Shown here: positions 38,520 through 51,142 of the stretch, in pieces
How positions within the stretch are numbered: the first letter of the stretch is position 1
Layout: the number at the start of each line of letters is the position of its first letter
From: Squalus acanthias
Taxonomy: Eukaryota
DNA length: 64,000 nucleotides
Direction of reading: 5' to 3'
Assembly (NCBI GenBank): GCA_030390025.1
Contig: CM059427.1
Coordinates: 188,914,001-188,978,000 of the forward strand
The notes under the pieces: model-generated
What the model was told of the DNA's origin: nothing
Databases searched by the model: none
The model's input: the letters and a program-made list of their open reading frames with translations, nothing else
Position numbers and translations under genes: made by a program

Positions 38520-41500
38520 CATACAGTCATAGAGTCATAGGGGGAAAAATTCAGTATCACCTCGTTTGGGCCGTAATTATTGGCCGGGCACAAAGATTAG
38601 CGCCTGGCGCTAATTATCGCCTCCGACTGCAAACTTGGCTTTTATCGCCCCTGGAGGTGATTGGAGAGCTAAATCAGGTGCTACACACCTGTCTTAAGGC
38701 GCAAAGGCTGAGGAGCGAGGCGCTACCTCAGAGCTACCTCAGAGCTGGCGAAGCTCATGTGATGTCAGTCAGCAATGGAACACAGACACAATGGCGCCGG
38801 CCAGTTCTTAAAGGGGAGGGTTGATCTTGCTCTCCATCCACATCCTGCTCATTGCAGCCTTGAATCTCAGCCTGGAGAGACCTGTACATCAAATCTGCTG
38901 GAAAGAACAATGGAGAGACCCAGGGAAAGAGCTTCTAGATCGATAAAAGGAAGGAGAAATCAAAATGAAGCTGCAAAGTGCTGTTCAGTGCCCAAAACTC
39001 CTTCACAAAGCGTTGAATCTCTCCAGAAGTCTCTCTCTCTCTCTCTCTCAAAATGCATGGTGCAAAAATGTCGCCAACAAAAAAAGGCAGGAAGCGGTCG
39101 CCTTTAAATAGCGCACCCTCAGTCACTTCCTGACTGCAAAATGCTCCCCTCAACCTGTCGTTGCTAGCAGCAGGCGGTAAGGCAGGGGACGCCACTCAAT
39201 ATCCGGTCCAGGGCACTACCGGGGCGTTGCACACTTGACTGACGTCACGATCTGCCGGCGCAGGAGATCGTGGTGGTAGTGTTTAGCGCCCCCACAAAAT
39301 GTCTTGTTAATTTCGTGAGCAGCGCAAACATCACCGCCAACGGGCGCTAGTTGCTTTGCGCTCCATTAGTGCCCTCTTACGGCGCTAACGGGAGGCACAA
39401 ACCAACTGAATTTTTCCCCCATAGAGTCATAATGGCACATATGGAGGCCATTCAGCCCATCAAGTCTAAGCCAGTTCGCTGTAGAGCAATGCAGTCAGTC
39501 CCATTCCCCCGCTCTATCCCCATAGCCCTGCAAGTTTATTTCCCTAAAATGCCTATCCAAACTCCTCTTGAAAACATTAAGCTTCCACCACTTCCGCCAG
39601 CAGCGAATTCCAGGTCATCACCACTCGCTGTTTAAAAAAGTTTTTCCTCACATCCCCCCTGTATCTCTTGCCCAAACCTTAAATCTGTGTCCCCTAGTCC
39701 TTGTACCATCAACTAGTGGGAAAAGCCTTTCTCCGTCTAGCCTACCCAAACCCGTCATAATCTTGTACACCTCTATCAAATCACCCCTCTACCTCCTTTG
39801 CTCCAATGAAAACAAATCCAGCTTCTCCAACCTGTACTTGTAGCTAAGATCCCCCATGCCCAGAACCATTCTGGTAAATCTCCCCTGCACCCTCTCAGGG
39901 ACCTTCACATCTTCCGAAAGTGTGGTGACCAGAACTGGAGGCAATACTCCAGTTGTGGCCTAACTAGTGCTTTATAAAGGTTCAGCATAACTTCTCTACT
40001 TTTGTACTCAATACCTCTATTTATGAAGCCCAAGATCCCATATGCTTTGTTAACCACTTTCTCAATATGTCCTGCCACCTTCAGGGACCTATGCACATTA
40101 ACTCCCAGGTCCCTCTATCCCTGCACACTCTTTAAAACTGTGCCATTAAGTGTATGTTGCCTTTCCCTGTTCCTCCTGCCCTGTCCCTCTAAACATATAT
40201 CACATTCTTTGTCTCTAATAGGCCCCATCCCACCTCTTACTACCCGCTTACTCTTTACATGCCGGTAGAAGATTTTTGGGTTCCCTTTTATGTTAACCGC
40301 CATTCTACTCTCATATTCTCTCTTTGCCAATCTTACTTTCATCTTCACATCCACTCTCAACTTATAGTATTTGGTCTAGTTCTCCCTTGAAGAATTCACC
40401 TGACATTCATCATACACCCTCTTTTTTTGGTTCATCATCTTCTCTATCTCCCTTGTCATCCAAGGAGCCCTTGCTTTGGTTCCCTTACCCTTCCCTCTTG
40501 TTGGAATGTACCTAGCCTGTACTTGGAACATCTCCTCCTTAAAGATCACCCATTGTTCCATTACAGCTTTTCCTGCCAGTCTTTGGTTCCATTTTACCCT
40601 GGTTAGATCCTTTCGCATCCCATTGAAGTTAGCCCTATTCCAGTTTAGAAGTTCCACTCTAGATTGTTCCGTTCTCCTCTCCATTGCTAATCTAAATCTT
40701 ATGATACGATGATCACTCGTACCCAATTGTTCTCCCACAGATACTTGGTCGACCTGGCCCACCTCATTCCCCAGCACAAGATCCAGCAATGCCTCCTTCC
40801 TAGTTGGGCCAAGAACATACTGGTCAAGGAAATTCTCCTGAACACATTTCAGAAATTCCTCTCCCTCCTTTCCCTTTACCCTAGCATTATCCCAATCAAT
40901 ATTTGGGTAATTAAAGTCCCCCAATATCACCACTCTATAGCTCTTGCCTATCTCTGTGATTTCCCTGCAGATTTGCTCCTCTATCTCCCTCTCACTATTT
41001 GGAGGCCTATAGAATACCCCCAATAGTGTGATCATACCCTTTTTGCTCCTCAACTCTAACCAAATAAATTCTGTCTTTGTCCCCTCAAGAACATCCTCCC
41101 TTTCCAACACTACAATGTCTTCCTTAATCAGCACTGCCACCCCAACTTCCTTTTTTCCTTCCCTATCTTTTCTGAACATCTTGTACCCTTGAATATTAAG
41201 TGCCCAGTCCTTACCGTTTTTAAGCCACGTTTCCGTTATTGCCACAACATCATATTGCTACACAGCTAATTTTGCTTGTAGCTCACCAACCTTATTCACC
41301 ACACTTTGTGCATTTACATACATGCATTCTAAACCCATTTTTGAATTTTTCGTAGTCTTTCTTAGTCTGCTCCTATCTAATATGGTACTATTACCGCCTC
41401 TAGTACTATCTTCTCTAGTACTATCCAATACACTCACTCCTTTATGCACCTTATTCCTCTTTTCTACTCCTATATGCTGATGCCCATCCCCCTGCCAAGT

Positions 41501-42720
41501 TAGATTAAATCCTCCCCAACTAACAAACCTCCTCACGAGAATATTGCTCCCGGCTCTGTTGAGGTGTAACCCGACCGGCTTGTACAGGTCCCAGAAACGG
41601 TCCCAATGCCTCAGGAATCTAAAGCCCTCCCTCCTGCACCATCTCTCCAGCCACACATTCATCTGTTCTATCCTCCTATTCCTGTACTCACTAGCACGTG
41701 TCACCGGGAGTAATCATGAGATTACTACCTTTGAGGTCCAGCTTTTTAATCTCTCTCCTAGCTCCCTAAACTCTGCCTGCAGGACCTCATCCCTCTTTCT
41801 GCCTATGTCGTTGGTACTGATATGGACAACGACCTCTGGCTGTTCACCCTCCCCCCTCAGAGTGTCCTGCATCCGCTCAGTGCTATCCTTGACCCTGGCG
41901 CCAGGGAGGCAACATACCATCCTGGAGTCACGTCTACGGCCGCAGAAACACCTGTCTGCTCCCCTAACTATCGAATTCCCTACCACTATTACTCTTCCCC
42001 TCCCCCCGCCGACCCCGCCTGTGCAGCTGAGCCACCTGTGGTGCCGTGGACTTGATTCTGGCTGCACTCTCCAGAGGAACCATCGCCGTCACCAGTACAC
42101 AGAACCGAATACTGGTTGGAGAGCGTGATACACTCCAGGGACTCCTGCACTACCTGCCTGGTCCTCCTCTTCTGTCTGGCGGTCACCCATTCCCTCCCTG
42201 CCTGCTCACTGTTAAGCTGCAGGGTGACCACCTCTAGAAATCTGCTATCCACGTAACTCTCAGTGACTCCAGCCGCCGCACAAGCTCCGAAACCCGGAGC
42301 TCGAGTTACTGTAGCTGCCGATACTTCCCGCACATGTGGTCGTCAAGGCTACGCGAAGAGTCCAGGAATTCTGACATGGCACAGGATGTGCACTCCACGG
42401 GACTGAGCTGCCCTGCCATGCCTCCATTTAATAGACTAAGAACAAACCCAGCAGAAATAAACTTAAAACTTAACAAAAAACACTCCCCAGCTACTCACCA
42501 ATCAGCTTTTTCCCTTTATTTAATAGGCTATTAACTAACTTAGCAGAATTAAACTTATAAACTTAAATAAAAACACTCACCAGCTACTCACCAATCAGCT
42601 CCTTCCCTTGTGCCGATGTCACGTTTTTTACTGTGACGTCACTTTTTCAAAAACTGCCTCTGTTGAGTTGCTGCCGCTCTCGCTGTGCTTCCTCCAGGTC
42701 CGCTCCTTCCGGTCTCAGGT
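38520..42720 (-). mobile_element. Near full-length CR1 (5'UTR, ORF1, EN) with an internal deletion of the RT core
   Basis: ORF1 esterase pieces 41258-42333; EN 40376-41245; jump from the tether region to the RT C-terminus at about 40180. Confidence 0.9.
38540..39420. mobile_element. TIR MITE (family D) inserted in a CR1 tail microsatellite
   Basis: TIR gggggaaaaattcag / ctgaatttttccccc; TSD ATA. Confidence 0.85.
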
Positions 42721-43716
42721 CTTTAACCCTGGCACCGGGCAGGTAACACAACCTTCAGAACTCTTGGTCACGGCCGCAGAGAACAGTATCTATCCCCCTG
42801 ACTATACAGTCCAATACCACAACTACATTCCCGTTCACTCCCCCCACTTGAATGGCCTCCTGCACCATGGTGCCATGGTTAGCCTGCTCATCCATCCTAC
42901 AGGCTTTTCCCTCATCCACACTGGCAGCAAGAACCTCATACCTGTTGGACAAGGGCAAAGGCTGAGGCTCCTCCAGCACTGCACCTGGGGTCCCCTTACC
43001 TGCCTGAGTTGCAGTCACACCCTCCTATCCCTGACCACTGATCAGACCTGTACCACTACCTAACCTAAGGGGTGTGACTGCCTCCTGGATCAAAGTGTCC
43101 AGGTAACTCTCCCCATCCCTGATGCCCCTCAATGTCTGCATCTCAGACTCCAGTTCAAAAACTCTGAGCTGAATTTCCTCAAGATGCAGGCACTTACTGC
43201 AAACGTGGGGCCAGAAATTCGGCTCCCTGGCTTCCCGCGGGTGCAAGAATCGCGCGCGCACCTACCTACCGCACCTACCGTTGACCCCTGGGGCAACGGG
43301 GCATTCAGGTCCTGGGCCTCCTCCAGCTGCCGGCGTGCAGTGCTTGTGTATCCCAGGGGCGTAGTTAGTGCGAAGCATCCCCTGGGATCACGTGGGCCAT
43401 GGAGAGCCAATGGCAGCAGACCATCTTTCATTCATAGATTTGACAGGAAGACCTTTCAAATCTATGAATACAGATCGGCCCCAAAACATCCCTAAAACTA
43501 CAAATATATATTTTTTTTAAATCACATTTTTAAAATAACTTAAATTACATTAATTAGCTATTTTAAACAAAAACTTAAATTTTTGAAAAAATTAATTACA
43601 CTTTTTAACGGGGTTTAAAACTAAACTTACCTTTCCTTAAAGTAATTAAAAAAGATAAATCTGTGAAAAAAATGTTTAAATTTTAATAAAATCAACACTT
43701 ACCTTGTTAAAAGAAG

Positions 43717-44749
43717 TCATGATGTGGAGATGCCGGCGTTGGACTGGGGTGGACAAAAATGAGAAGTCGCACAACACCAGGTTATAGTCCAACAGATTTA
43801 TTTAATTTTACAATTTTCGGAGCTGTTCGCTCCTTCCTCAGGTAGGTTAGCAGTGAGAGAATCTCCCAGAATTCACAATTTAAACACAGACAAAATCTAT
43901 TCAAATCTTTCCCTACATCAAAGACACACTAAGAGCACAGCCAAGACAATGAGATGTGTCCCAGGGGGTCCAACGTGTCAAACCACCTGCTGGCTGCATA
44001 TCCTGTCAATTTGTGTTGGTTCTTCTGTTAGTCTTTTTTAAAAAAAACAAACACCTGGGAAGACCGGCCATGATGTCAAGTCACGTTCTGTATCGTGACA
44101 TGAACCCGATATCGCGATTGAGGCCATCCTCATGAGTGCGGAACTTGGCTATCAGTTTCTGCTCTATGATTTTGCGCTGTCGTGTATCCCGAAGGCCACC
44201 TTGGAGAACGCTTACCCGCAGATCCGAGGCTGAATGCCCCTGGCTGGGAACACTTCAGCTGCCAGGGGCATTCAGCCTCGGATCTGCGGGTAAGCGTTCT
44301 CCAAGGCGGCCTTCGGGATACACGACAGCGCAAAATCATAGAGCAGAAACTGATAGCCAAGTTCCGCACTCATGAGGATGGCCTCAATCGCGATATCGGG
44401 TTCATGTCACGATACAGAACGTGACTTGACATCATGGCCGGTCTTCCCAGGTGTCTGTTTTTTTTTAAAAAGACTAACACAAGAACCAACACAAATTGAC
44501 AGGATATGCAGCCAGCAGGTGGTTTGACACGTTGGACCCCCTGGGACACATCTCATTGTCTTGGCTGTGCTCTTAGTGTGTCTTTGATGTAGGGAAAGAT
44601 TTGAATAGATTTTGTCTGTGTTTAAATTGTGAATTCTGGGAGATTCTCTCACTGCTAACCTACCTGAGGAAGGAGCGAACAGCTCCGAAAGCTTGTAAAA
44701 TTAAATAAATCTGTTGGACTATAACCTGGTGTTGTGCGACTTCTCATTT
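43717..44749. mobile_element. Penelope-like element 3' end in inverted (palindromic) arrangement
   Basis: About 490-bp inverted arms; GIY-YIG C-terminal-like peptide LRVSVLQGGL..RKIIEQKLIAKFRTHEDGLNRDIGF; 13-bp flanking duplication ttgttaaaagaag. Confidence 0.85.
44661..44697 (+). ncRNA. Minimal hammerhead ribozyme motif in the Penelope pLTR
   Basis: UAC-CUGAGGA-a-GGAGC(gaaca)GCUCC-GAAA-GC-UU-GUA; a variant copy lies on the minus strand at about 43809-43844. Confidence 0.65.
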
Positions 44750-45461
44750 TTGTTAAAAGAAGGCCTTGCGCCTCCTTTTTCAAAGTGTAACTTCTCCGTG
44801 CTTACCCTCATGGAGGAACCTGTAAAAAAACCCGAAGTGCGAGGCGAACGCGCTGGCCCTCCGGCGTGCGTGTTCGACCTCTGAACCCCTTCCTTCAGGG
44901 GAACGGAAGTGCCGGTTCCTCGCGCATGCGCAGCACATGCAAGAAACCGGCAGTTTTGTTCTGTCCACGGGAGAGTACACAGCGCGTACTCACCCGTGGC
45001 GAGCCTAATTTCTGCCCCATGGTTGTCCCGGATCACAGTGCTCTCCACATGCTGCAGTTGCGGAACACCGTCTGCACTGCCATGCCTATATGACCTTGAT
45101 TTATTTAATTACATTTTTTTAAATTTGTAATTAGATAACTTAGTTTACAGTGTAGTTTCCTGACTACTTACTTGATCTAGATTAAGTTAAGAGAACTGAA
45201 ATTAAATATCTACCTGCAACAAAAAGCATCTAAGTAGTGTAGTAAAAAGCATAAACTCCTTCCCTCCCTTCTCCGAATTCCCACTCTTTCCAAATTTCCA
45301 ACCAAAGCATTCTGTTCAAGTCCACTCTATTTAATCCCGCTCTGTGCAGACCGCATGACTCTAAGCATGACGTGCGGATGGTTGACATGTATGACCACTT
45401 TATATGTAGCAGTTTTATATTAATAACTCTTTAATATCTACTGTGAGGTAACTGCACTTAC

Positions 45462-45731
45462 ATTGGTCCACAGAAAAATCTGCTTTTCCTGTGAGAATAA
45501 TGGATCCAGCTTCCTGCACTTCACACGCGTACAACTCCTTATCCTCTACTGCAGCATGTTTGACTATCAGATAGACTGTGTTATTTAGTCGGATCTGATC
45601 AGTGTTGCTCCTGTTCTGCTGAGATGAGTCTCTCTGTTTCCATTGAAGACTGACTGTATCTGAGAGTTTGGAGATGGTACAGCTGAGTGTAACGTCACTG
45701 CCCACCACAGCACTCTGTGGACTTGACTCAA
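45462..45731 (-). CDS. Receptor D2 exon: C2-type Ig domain
   Basis: Acceptor tgtttttcacag|, donor CAAT|gtaagt, 270 nt, phase 1-1. Sequence GSDVTLSC..LQW..EDKELYAC. Confidence 0.9.
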
Positions 45732-46814
45732 CTGTGAAAAACAGATCAATAAGATTTAGTGTAAGTAGTGACATGTACAATCCAACAATTAGGTTCTAAC
45801 TGACCATAGGATGTGCCCATCATCAGCACTTGTATCTTGCTGTATTAAAGAGTCAGGCCAGATTACACACAAGTGCATTTTATCAGTAGAATAACACAGT
45901 GGGCCTGAAAATTCTAAGTCCTGCTCTGCCAGCGTAATTGAGGCAGAGCAGCACTGGTGACCTTTACCCCTGACCCTGCTGGAGTATCCGGGGTCAGGTT
46001 AAGGTTACATGGTTTGGATGACATTTGGGGAAGCCGACACCACAATGGACAGGTGATGGAATCTCACCAGAGGAGGGTGTGATGGAAATGTAGCGCCCAT
46101 ATTATCAGACATGGAGAAGGCTCCAGTCCCACTCTGTTCTCAATGTGCCTCGCACACTTCAGTAAGACCACCCAACACACGCACTGGGAGCCTGTGCACA
46201 AAATCCACGTCAAAGTCATTACGTTATTTAAATGAGTGGGCTCCCAAAATGCTCCTGAGCAGGGCTCCAATCATTGAGCGTCCATGAGGAACGGCACTTC
46301 AGGAGAGGCTTGTTCTAAAAATGCCCACCCTGACTTTCAGTCCCACCTACAACATGACAAGTAAGAATCAAATCTTCAACAGGGACTTTAATTCCAATAT
46401 CAGGCCAAAAAAATGGTGCCATCCATTAGCTGCTGGCGCCCAACACTCTTGTGCCCGACCCGTGTGACATTCCCCGTGTACCACGCACTATGTACCATGA
46501 GTACCACTAACAAATGTAAATGAGTTGACTTTCTATTATGGTCATCTCATTCTGGTGCAGTTTGGGCCAACACCTCAGGAGCAATGGTCCAGGCCCAGAT
46601 CATATTTTGTCCACTACGACATTTCAGGATTGGATTATAATTTGTATCAAGTACATTTGACAGTAACCTCAGCCTCATTTAGATATTACACACATCAACC
46701 AACCAGAAAGTGCAGCTGTTGAGCAGCATCCTTAGTTGGCAGAAACTAAAGATTTTGATTTATTTATACTAAAGTTTTTTAAATGTTTTTGAGTAGATGC
46801 AATGACCGGAATCT

Positions 46815-47375
46815 TAATTTTTTTTTAGTCGCTTATGGGATCTGGGCATGGCTGGCAAGGCCAGCATTTATTGCCCATCCCTAGTTGCCCTTGAGAAGGT
46901 GGTGGTGAGCTGCCTTCTTGAACCGCTGCAGTCCATGTGGTGAAAGTACTCCCACAGTGCTGTTAGGGAGGGAGTTCAAGGAATTTGTCCGAGTAACGAT
47001 GAAGGATCGGCGATATACTTCTAAATCAGGATTGTGTGTGACTTGGAGGGGATCTTGGAGGTGGTGGTGTTTCCATGTGCCTGCTGCCCTTGTCCTTCTA
47101 GGTGGAAGAGGTCACGGGTTTGGGAGGTGCTGCCGAAGAAGCCTTGGCGAGTTGCTGCAGTGTATCTTGTAGATGGTACACACTGCAGCCATGGTACGCT
47201 GGTGGTGCATCGAGTGAATGTTTAAGGTGGTGGATGGGGTGCCAATCAAGTGGGCTGCTTTGTCCTGGATGGTGTCGAGCTTCTTGAGTGTTGTTGGAGC
47301 TGCATTCATCCAGGCAAGTGGAGCGTATTCCATCACAGTCCTTACTTGTGCCTTGGAGATGTTGGAAAGGCTTTT
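46815..47375 (-). mobile_element. Crack/L2-related LINE 3' end
   Basis: KAQVRTVMEYAPLAW..LKKLDTIQDKAAHLI. Confidence 0.75.
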
Positions 47376-47399
47376 GAGGCAGATAGGGAGTGGTGAGAC

Positions 47400-48144
47400 C
47401 GAATTTAGCGACAGGGCCTGATCAACATTTAAAATCACTGTTTCCCGCCTGCAGCCAGCCTGAAGGAAAGGCTCGAATTTAAAGGCCAGGGACACCAGGC
47501 CACAGAGAGGAGGGAGTGAGGGACTGGTGGGGTTGTCGGAAGGCAGGCGTGGGGTATCGGAGGTCCGAGTTTGAGGTCGGAAGGCCGGAGGGGAGAGATC
47601 GGACAGCCAGAGTTCGGAAGTCGGAAGGCCAGAGGGAGTATTGGAGGAGGGCTGGAAAGCTGCAGGGGAGAATTCGGAAGGCCGAAGAGGGAATTGGAGA
47701 TCAGAGAGAGGTCGGAAGGCCGGAGGGGAGGTCAGAAGGCTGGAGGGGTGATCAGAGATCGGAGGTCTCGTGGGGGGTTGTCGGAGGCCCTAGGGTAAGT
47801 TGGGGGGAGATAGGAAGGGTCGGGGTGGGGTGCCTGATAGCGGGCGGGTGGCGAGGCAGAAACCCTGGATCCAGCAGTCCTCGTCACCCTTTAGCTGGCG
47901 GGTTCCCCGAGCCCACAGTTAAATTTAAAATGGTGGATCACTATGAGGCACCCAACCCCATTAGAATATTTAAAGTGCGAACTCACCTCCTGGGAGCAGA
48001 TTAGCTGCCCCCCCACCCTCGTCCCACCTCCGTTAAAACCAGAAGTGGGCGGGTTGGAGGCAAGTTGGGGCCAGGATTCAGATTTTTAACTCTAACATCT
48101 CACCCAACCTCAAGCGAACCATTTTTTGGGGTTAAAATTCCCCC
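47400..48144 (-). mobile_element. TIR element end (family C)
   Basis: Ends ggggttaaaattccccc; internal ggaggtcggaaggcc-type repeats. Confidence 0.65.
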
Positions 48145-48676
48145 AGTGTATCTCTTTTCTCTGCCACGTTCTTCTTGCTTTCCTGAAGGTGTTAACTCCT
48201 TATCATAGTCCGAGTTCCAGGGACACTTGACATCCTCTGGGACTTCAACCAAGTGACACATCTAACAGGTTCACTGGACAGCAAACAGGAGCAGTGTTTC
48301 TGGCCAATCTTATTCCTGTCCCATCTTATTCCTGTCCCATCGCGCTGAGGCCCATTACTACAAGGGATCTATTGGTTTGGTAACAGAATTCAGTACATCT
48401 GACAGAGAATGTGCCACTGTACAGATCATAATACTCTCTGTGGGGTAGATTCCTCGGTATGATATTTCTGGTGAAATTGTCGAAAAGTTTTTACTCATGT
48501 TGACCATTTCTGGAGAAACAATGAACAAAATCTTTCACCTGGTTGTTTTAATGAGAGATGCTCTCTGCACTGGGTGATATAAATCTCACATGATCCTGGC
48601 AATCTCTCATCATTACACATGAAATTATTTACGGAGAATCATTTTATTTTTCCTTTCTAGACTTTATCCCACTCAC

Positions 48677-49018
48677 CTTTGATCCCAAATATTTCATATC
48701 GTTTCAGGATTTTATTACTCGGCTGTGTTTGAGTCAAGATGAACAATCCCGCAAGTTTAAATGTGGGTTTTCCAATTCTCAGATTAATGGTACCACGATT
48801 CCATTTTATCTTCTCGGACAAGTCGCTATTTGTAAAGTCATTGTTCCATTGTGCACCCCAACGATTCAAACTCCTTTTGTGAAAAGTAACCAGCCGCTGG
48901 ATTTCTTGCCCTGAGTGTGGTTTCCATTCCCAGACAACAGGGCCATTCCCAGGATTGTCCGGTCCGTTTAATGGAATGTCATCTCCCTCATCCAAAAAAT
49001 AAATATGATTTGGGTTTC
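48677..49018 (-). CDS. Receptor D1 exon: V-like Ig domain without cysteines
   Basis: Acceptor ttcctcgttctaacag|, donor AAAG|gtgagt, 342 nt, phase 1-1. Sequence EGDDIPLNG..VVWEW..NLRIGKPTFKLAGLFIL keeps V-set spacing with both Cys replaced. Confidence 0.8.
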
Positions 49019-51142
49019 CTGTTAGAACGAGGAACAATGTAAGTATTTAAATATTTAAATTGCAACTCCTTAATCCCATAATTGTAATGATTAATATCGG
49101 AGTTCATCTATTTACTATCTATGGGAACCTGAGCATACATTCAGAAGAGAGAGAAGCAAAGCTGGAAACCGAAGGCAGAAAATTACTAAGCGAGTTTGGA
49201 AGGCAGTGGAAACAAAGGCTAGGAAAAAAGCAACAAAGGTTTTGGCAGTGCTTGCTGGTAAATCCTTCAATGCAAGGAGTCCAGTGAATAAGGCAGATGA
49301 GCTGAGGCCACAGGTAGACATAGATATCATAGATATTACTGAAACATGGCTTAAAGAAGGGCAGGAATGGTAACTCAACATTCTTGGTTATACAGTTTTC
49401 AGACAAATATTAACTGGGATAGAGTCAGTGTAAAAGGTATAGAGGGTGCAGAATTTTTAAAATGCATTCAGAAGATCTTTTTTAGCCAGCACGTCGCTAG
49501 CCCAACAAGAGAGTTCTGGACTAAGTTTTAGGGAATGAAGCTGGGCAGGTGGAAGGGGATCAGTGGGGGAGAATTTTGTTGGTAGTGATCATAATTCAGT
49601 TAGATTTAACGTAGTTATGAAAAGGGACAAAGATAGACCAGGAGTAAAACTTCTCAATTGGAGAAAGGCCAATTTACTAAGCTGAGATGTGATTTAGCAA
49701 AAATGGAAACAGCTACTTGAAGGTAAATCAGTGTCAGAGCAGCGGGATGCATTCAAAGAGGAGATAGTCAGGATTCAGTGCAAATATGTTCCCACAAAGA
49801 AAAAGGGCGGGACTCCCAAATCTAAAGCTCCCTGGATGTCAAGGAGCATACAAGGTAGGATAAGGAAAAAAAGGAAGCTTATGTCAGATACCAAGAGCTC
49901 AATACTGCAGAAAGCCCAGAGGAGTATAGAAAGTTCAGGGGTGAAATTAAAAAATAAATTAGGAAAGCAAAGAGAGGGCATGAAAAAGTATTGGCAAGTA
50001 AAATCAAGGAAAAACCCAAAGATGTTTTAGAGTAAGAGAATAACTAAGGAAAGAGTAGGGCCTAATAGAGACTAAAAATGGTAACCTATGTGTGGTGACG
50101 GAAGATGTGGGTATGGTTCTTAATAAACTTTGTGTCTGTCTTCACAAAAGGGAGGGACGATGCAGACATTGTAGTTAAGGAGGAGGAGTGTGAAATGTTA
50201 GATGGGATAAAATAGTGAGAGAGGAAATATTAAGGGGCTTAGCATCTTTGAAAATAGATAAATCGCCACGCCCGGATGAAATGTATTCCAGGCTGTTAAG
50301 AGAAGAATGGGAGGAAATAGCGGAAGTTCTGACCATCATTTCCCAAACCTCTCTGGCTACAGTCATGGTGCTGGAGGACTGCTAACATTGTACCATTGTT
50401 TAAAAAGGGAGACAGGGATAGTCTGAGCAATTACAGACCAATCAGCCTAACCTCGGTGGGGGGAAATTATTAGAAAAAATTTATTTAGAAAGGCACAGAT
50501 TAATCAAGGAGAGTCAGTGTCGATTTGTTGAGGGAAGGTCCTATCTGACTAATTTGATTAAATGTTTTGAGGAGGTAACAAGGCGGATCAATGAGGGTAG
50601 CGTGTCTGATGTAGTCTACATGGATTTAGCAAGACTTTTACAAGGTCGCACATGGCAGACTGGTCAGAAAAGTAAAATCCCATGGGATCCAAGGGAAAGT
50701 GGCAAGTTGGATCCAAATATGGCTCAGTGGCAGGAAACAAAGGGGAATGGGCGACAGTTGTTTTTCTGACTGGAAGGCTGTTTCCAGTGGGGTTCCACAG
50801 GGCTCAGTACCAGGTTTCTTGCTTTTTTGTGGTACATGTCAATATTTTGGACATCAGTGTAGGGGTCATGATTAAGAAATTTGCAGGTGATAAAAAATTG
50901 GCCGTGTAGTTGATAGTGAGGAAGAAAGCTGTAGACTGCAGGAAGATATCAATGGACTGGACAGATGGGCAAAAAAGTGGCAAACGGAATTAAAACCGGA
51001 GAAGTGTGAGGTAATGCATTTGGGGAGGGCTAACAAGGCATGGGAATACACAATAAATGGTAGGACACTGAGAAGTGTAAAGGGACAGAGGGACCTTGGA
51101 GTGCATGTCTACAGATCCCTAAAGGTACCAGGACTGGTAGAT

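Larger units (their letters stand above)
43207..45018 (-). mobile_element. MITE family A, copy 4 (interrupted)
   Basis: TIRs ggggccagaaatt / aatttctgcccc. Confidence 0.85.
42725..45400 (-). mobile_element. CR1 ORF1 remnant hosting a nested MITE and Penelope-like insertion
   Basis: HVCSKC and EEPQPLPLSNRY pieces are continuous across 43207-45018. Confidence 0.8.

Noticed and set aside
29828-49018. Rearranging antigen-receptor (Ig/TCR/NAR) segments
   Set aside because: The V exons include their own G strand and end in splice donors. I saw no flanking heptamer-nonamer RSS and no C1 domains.
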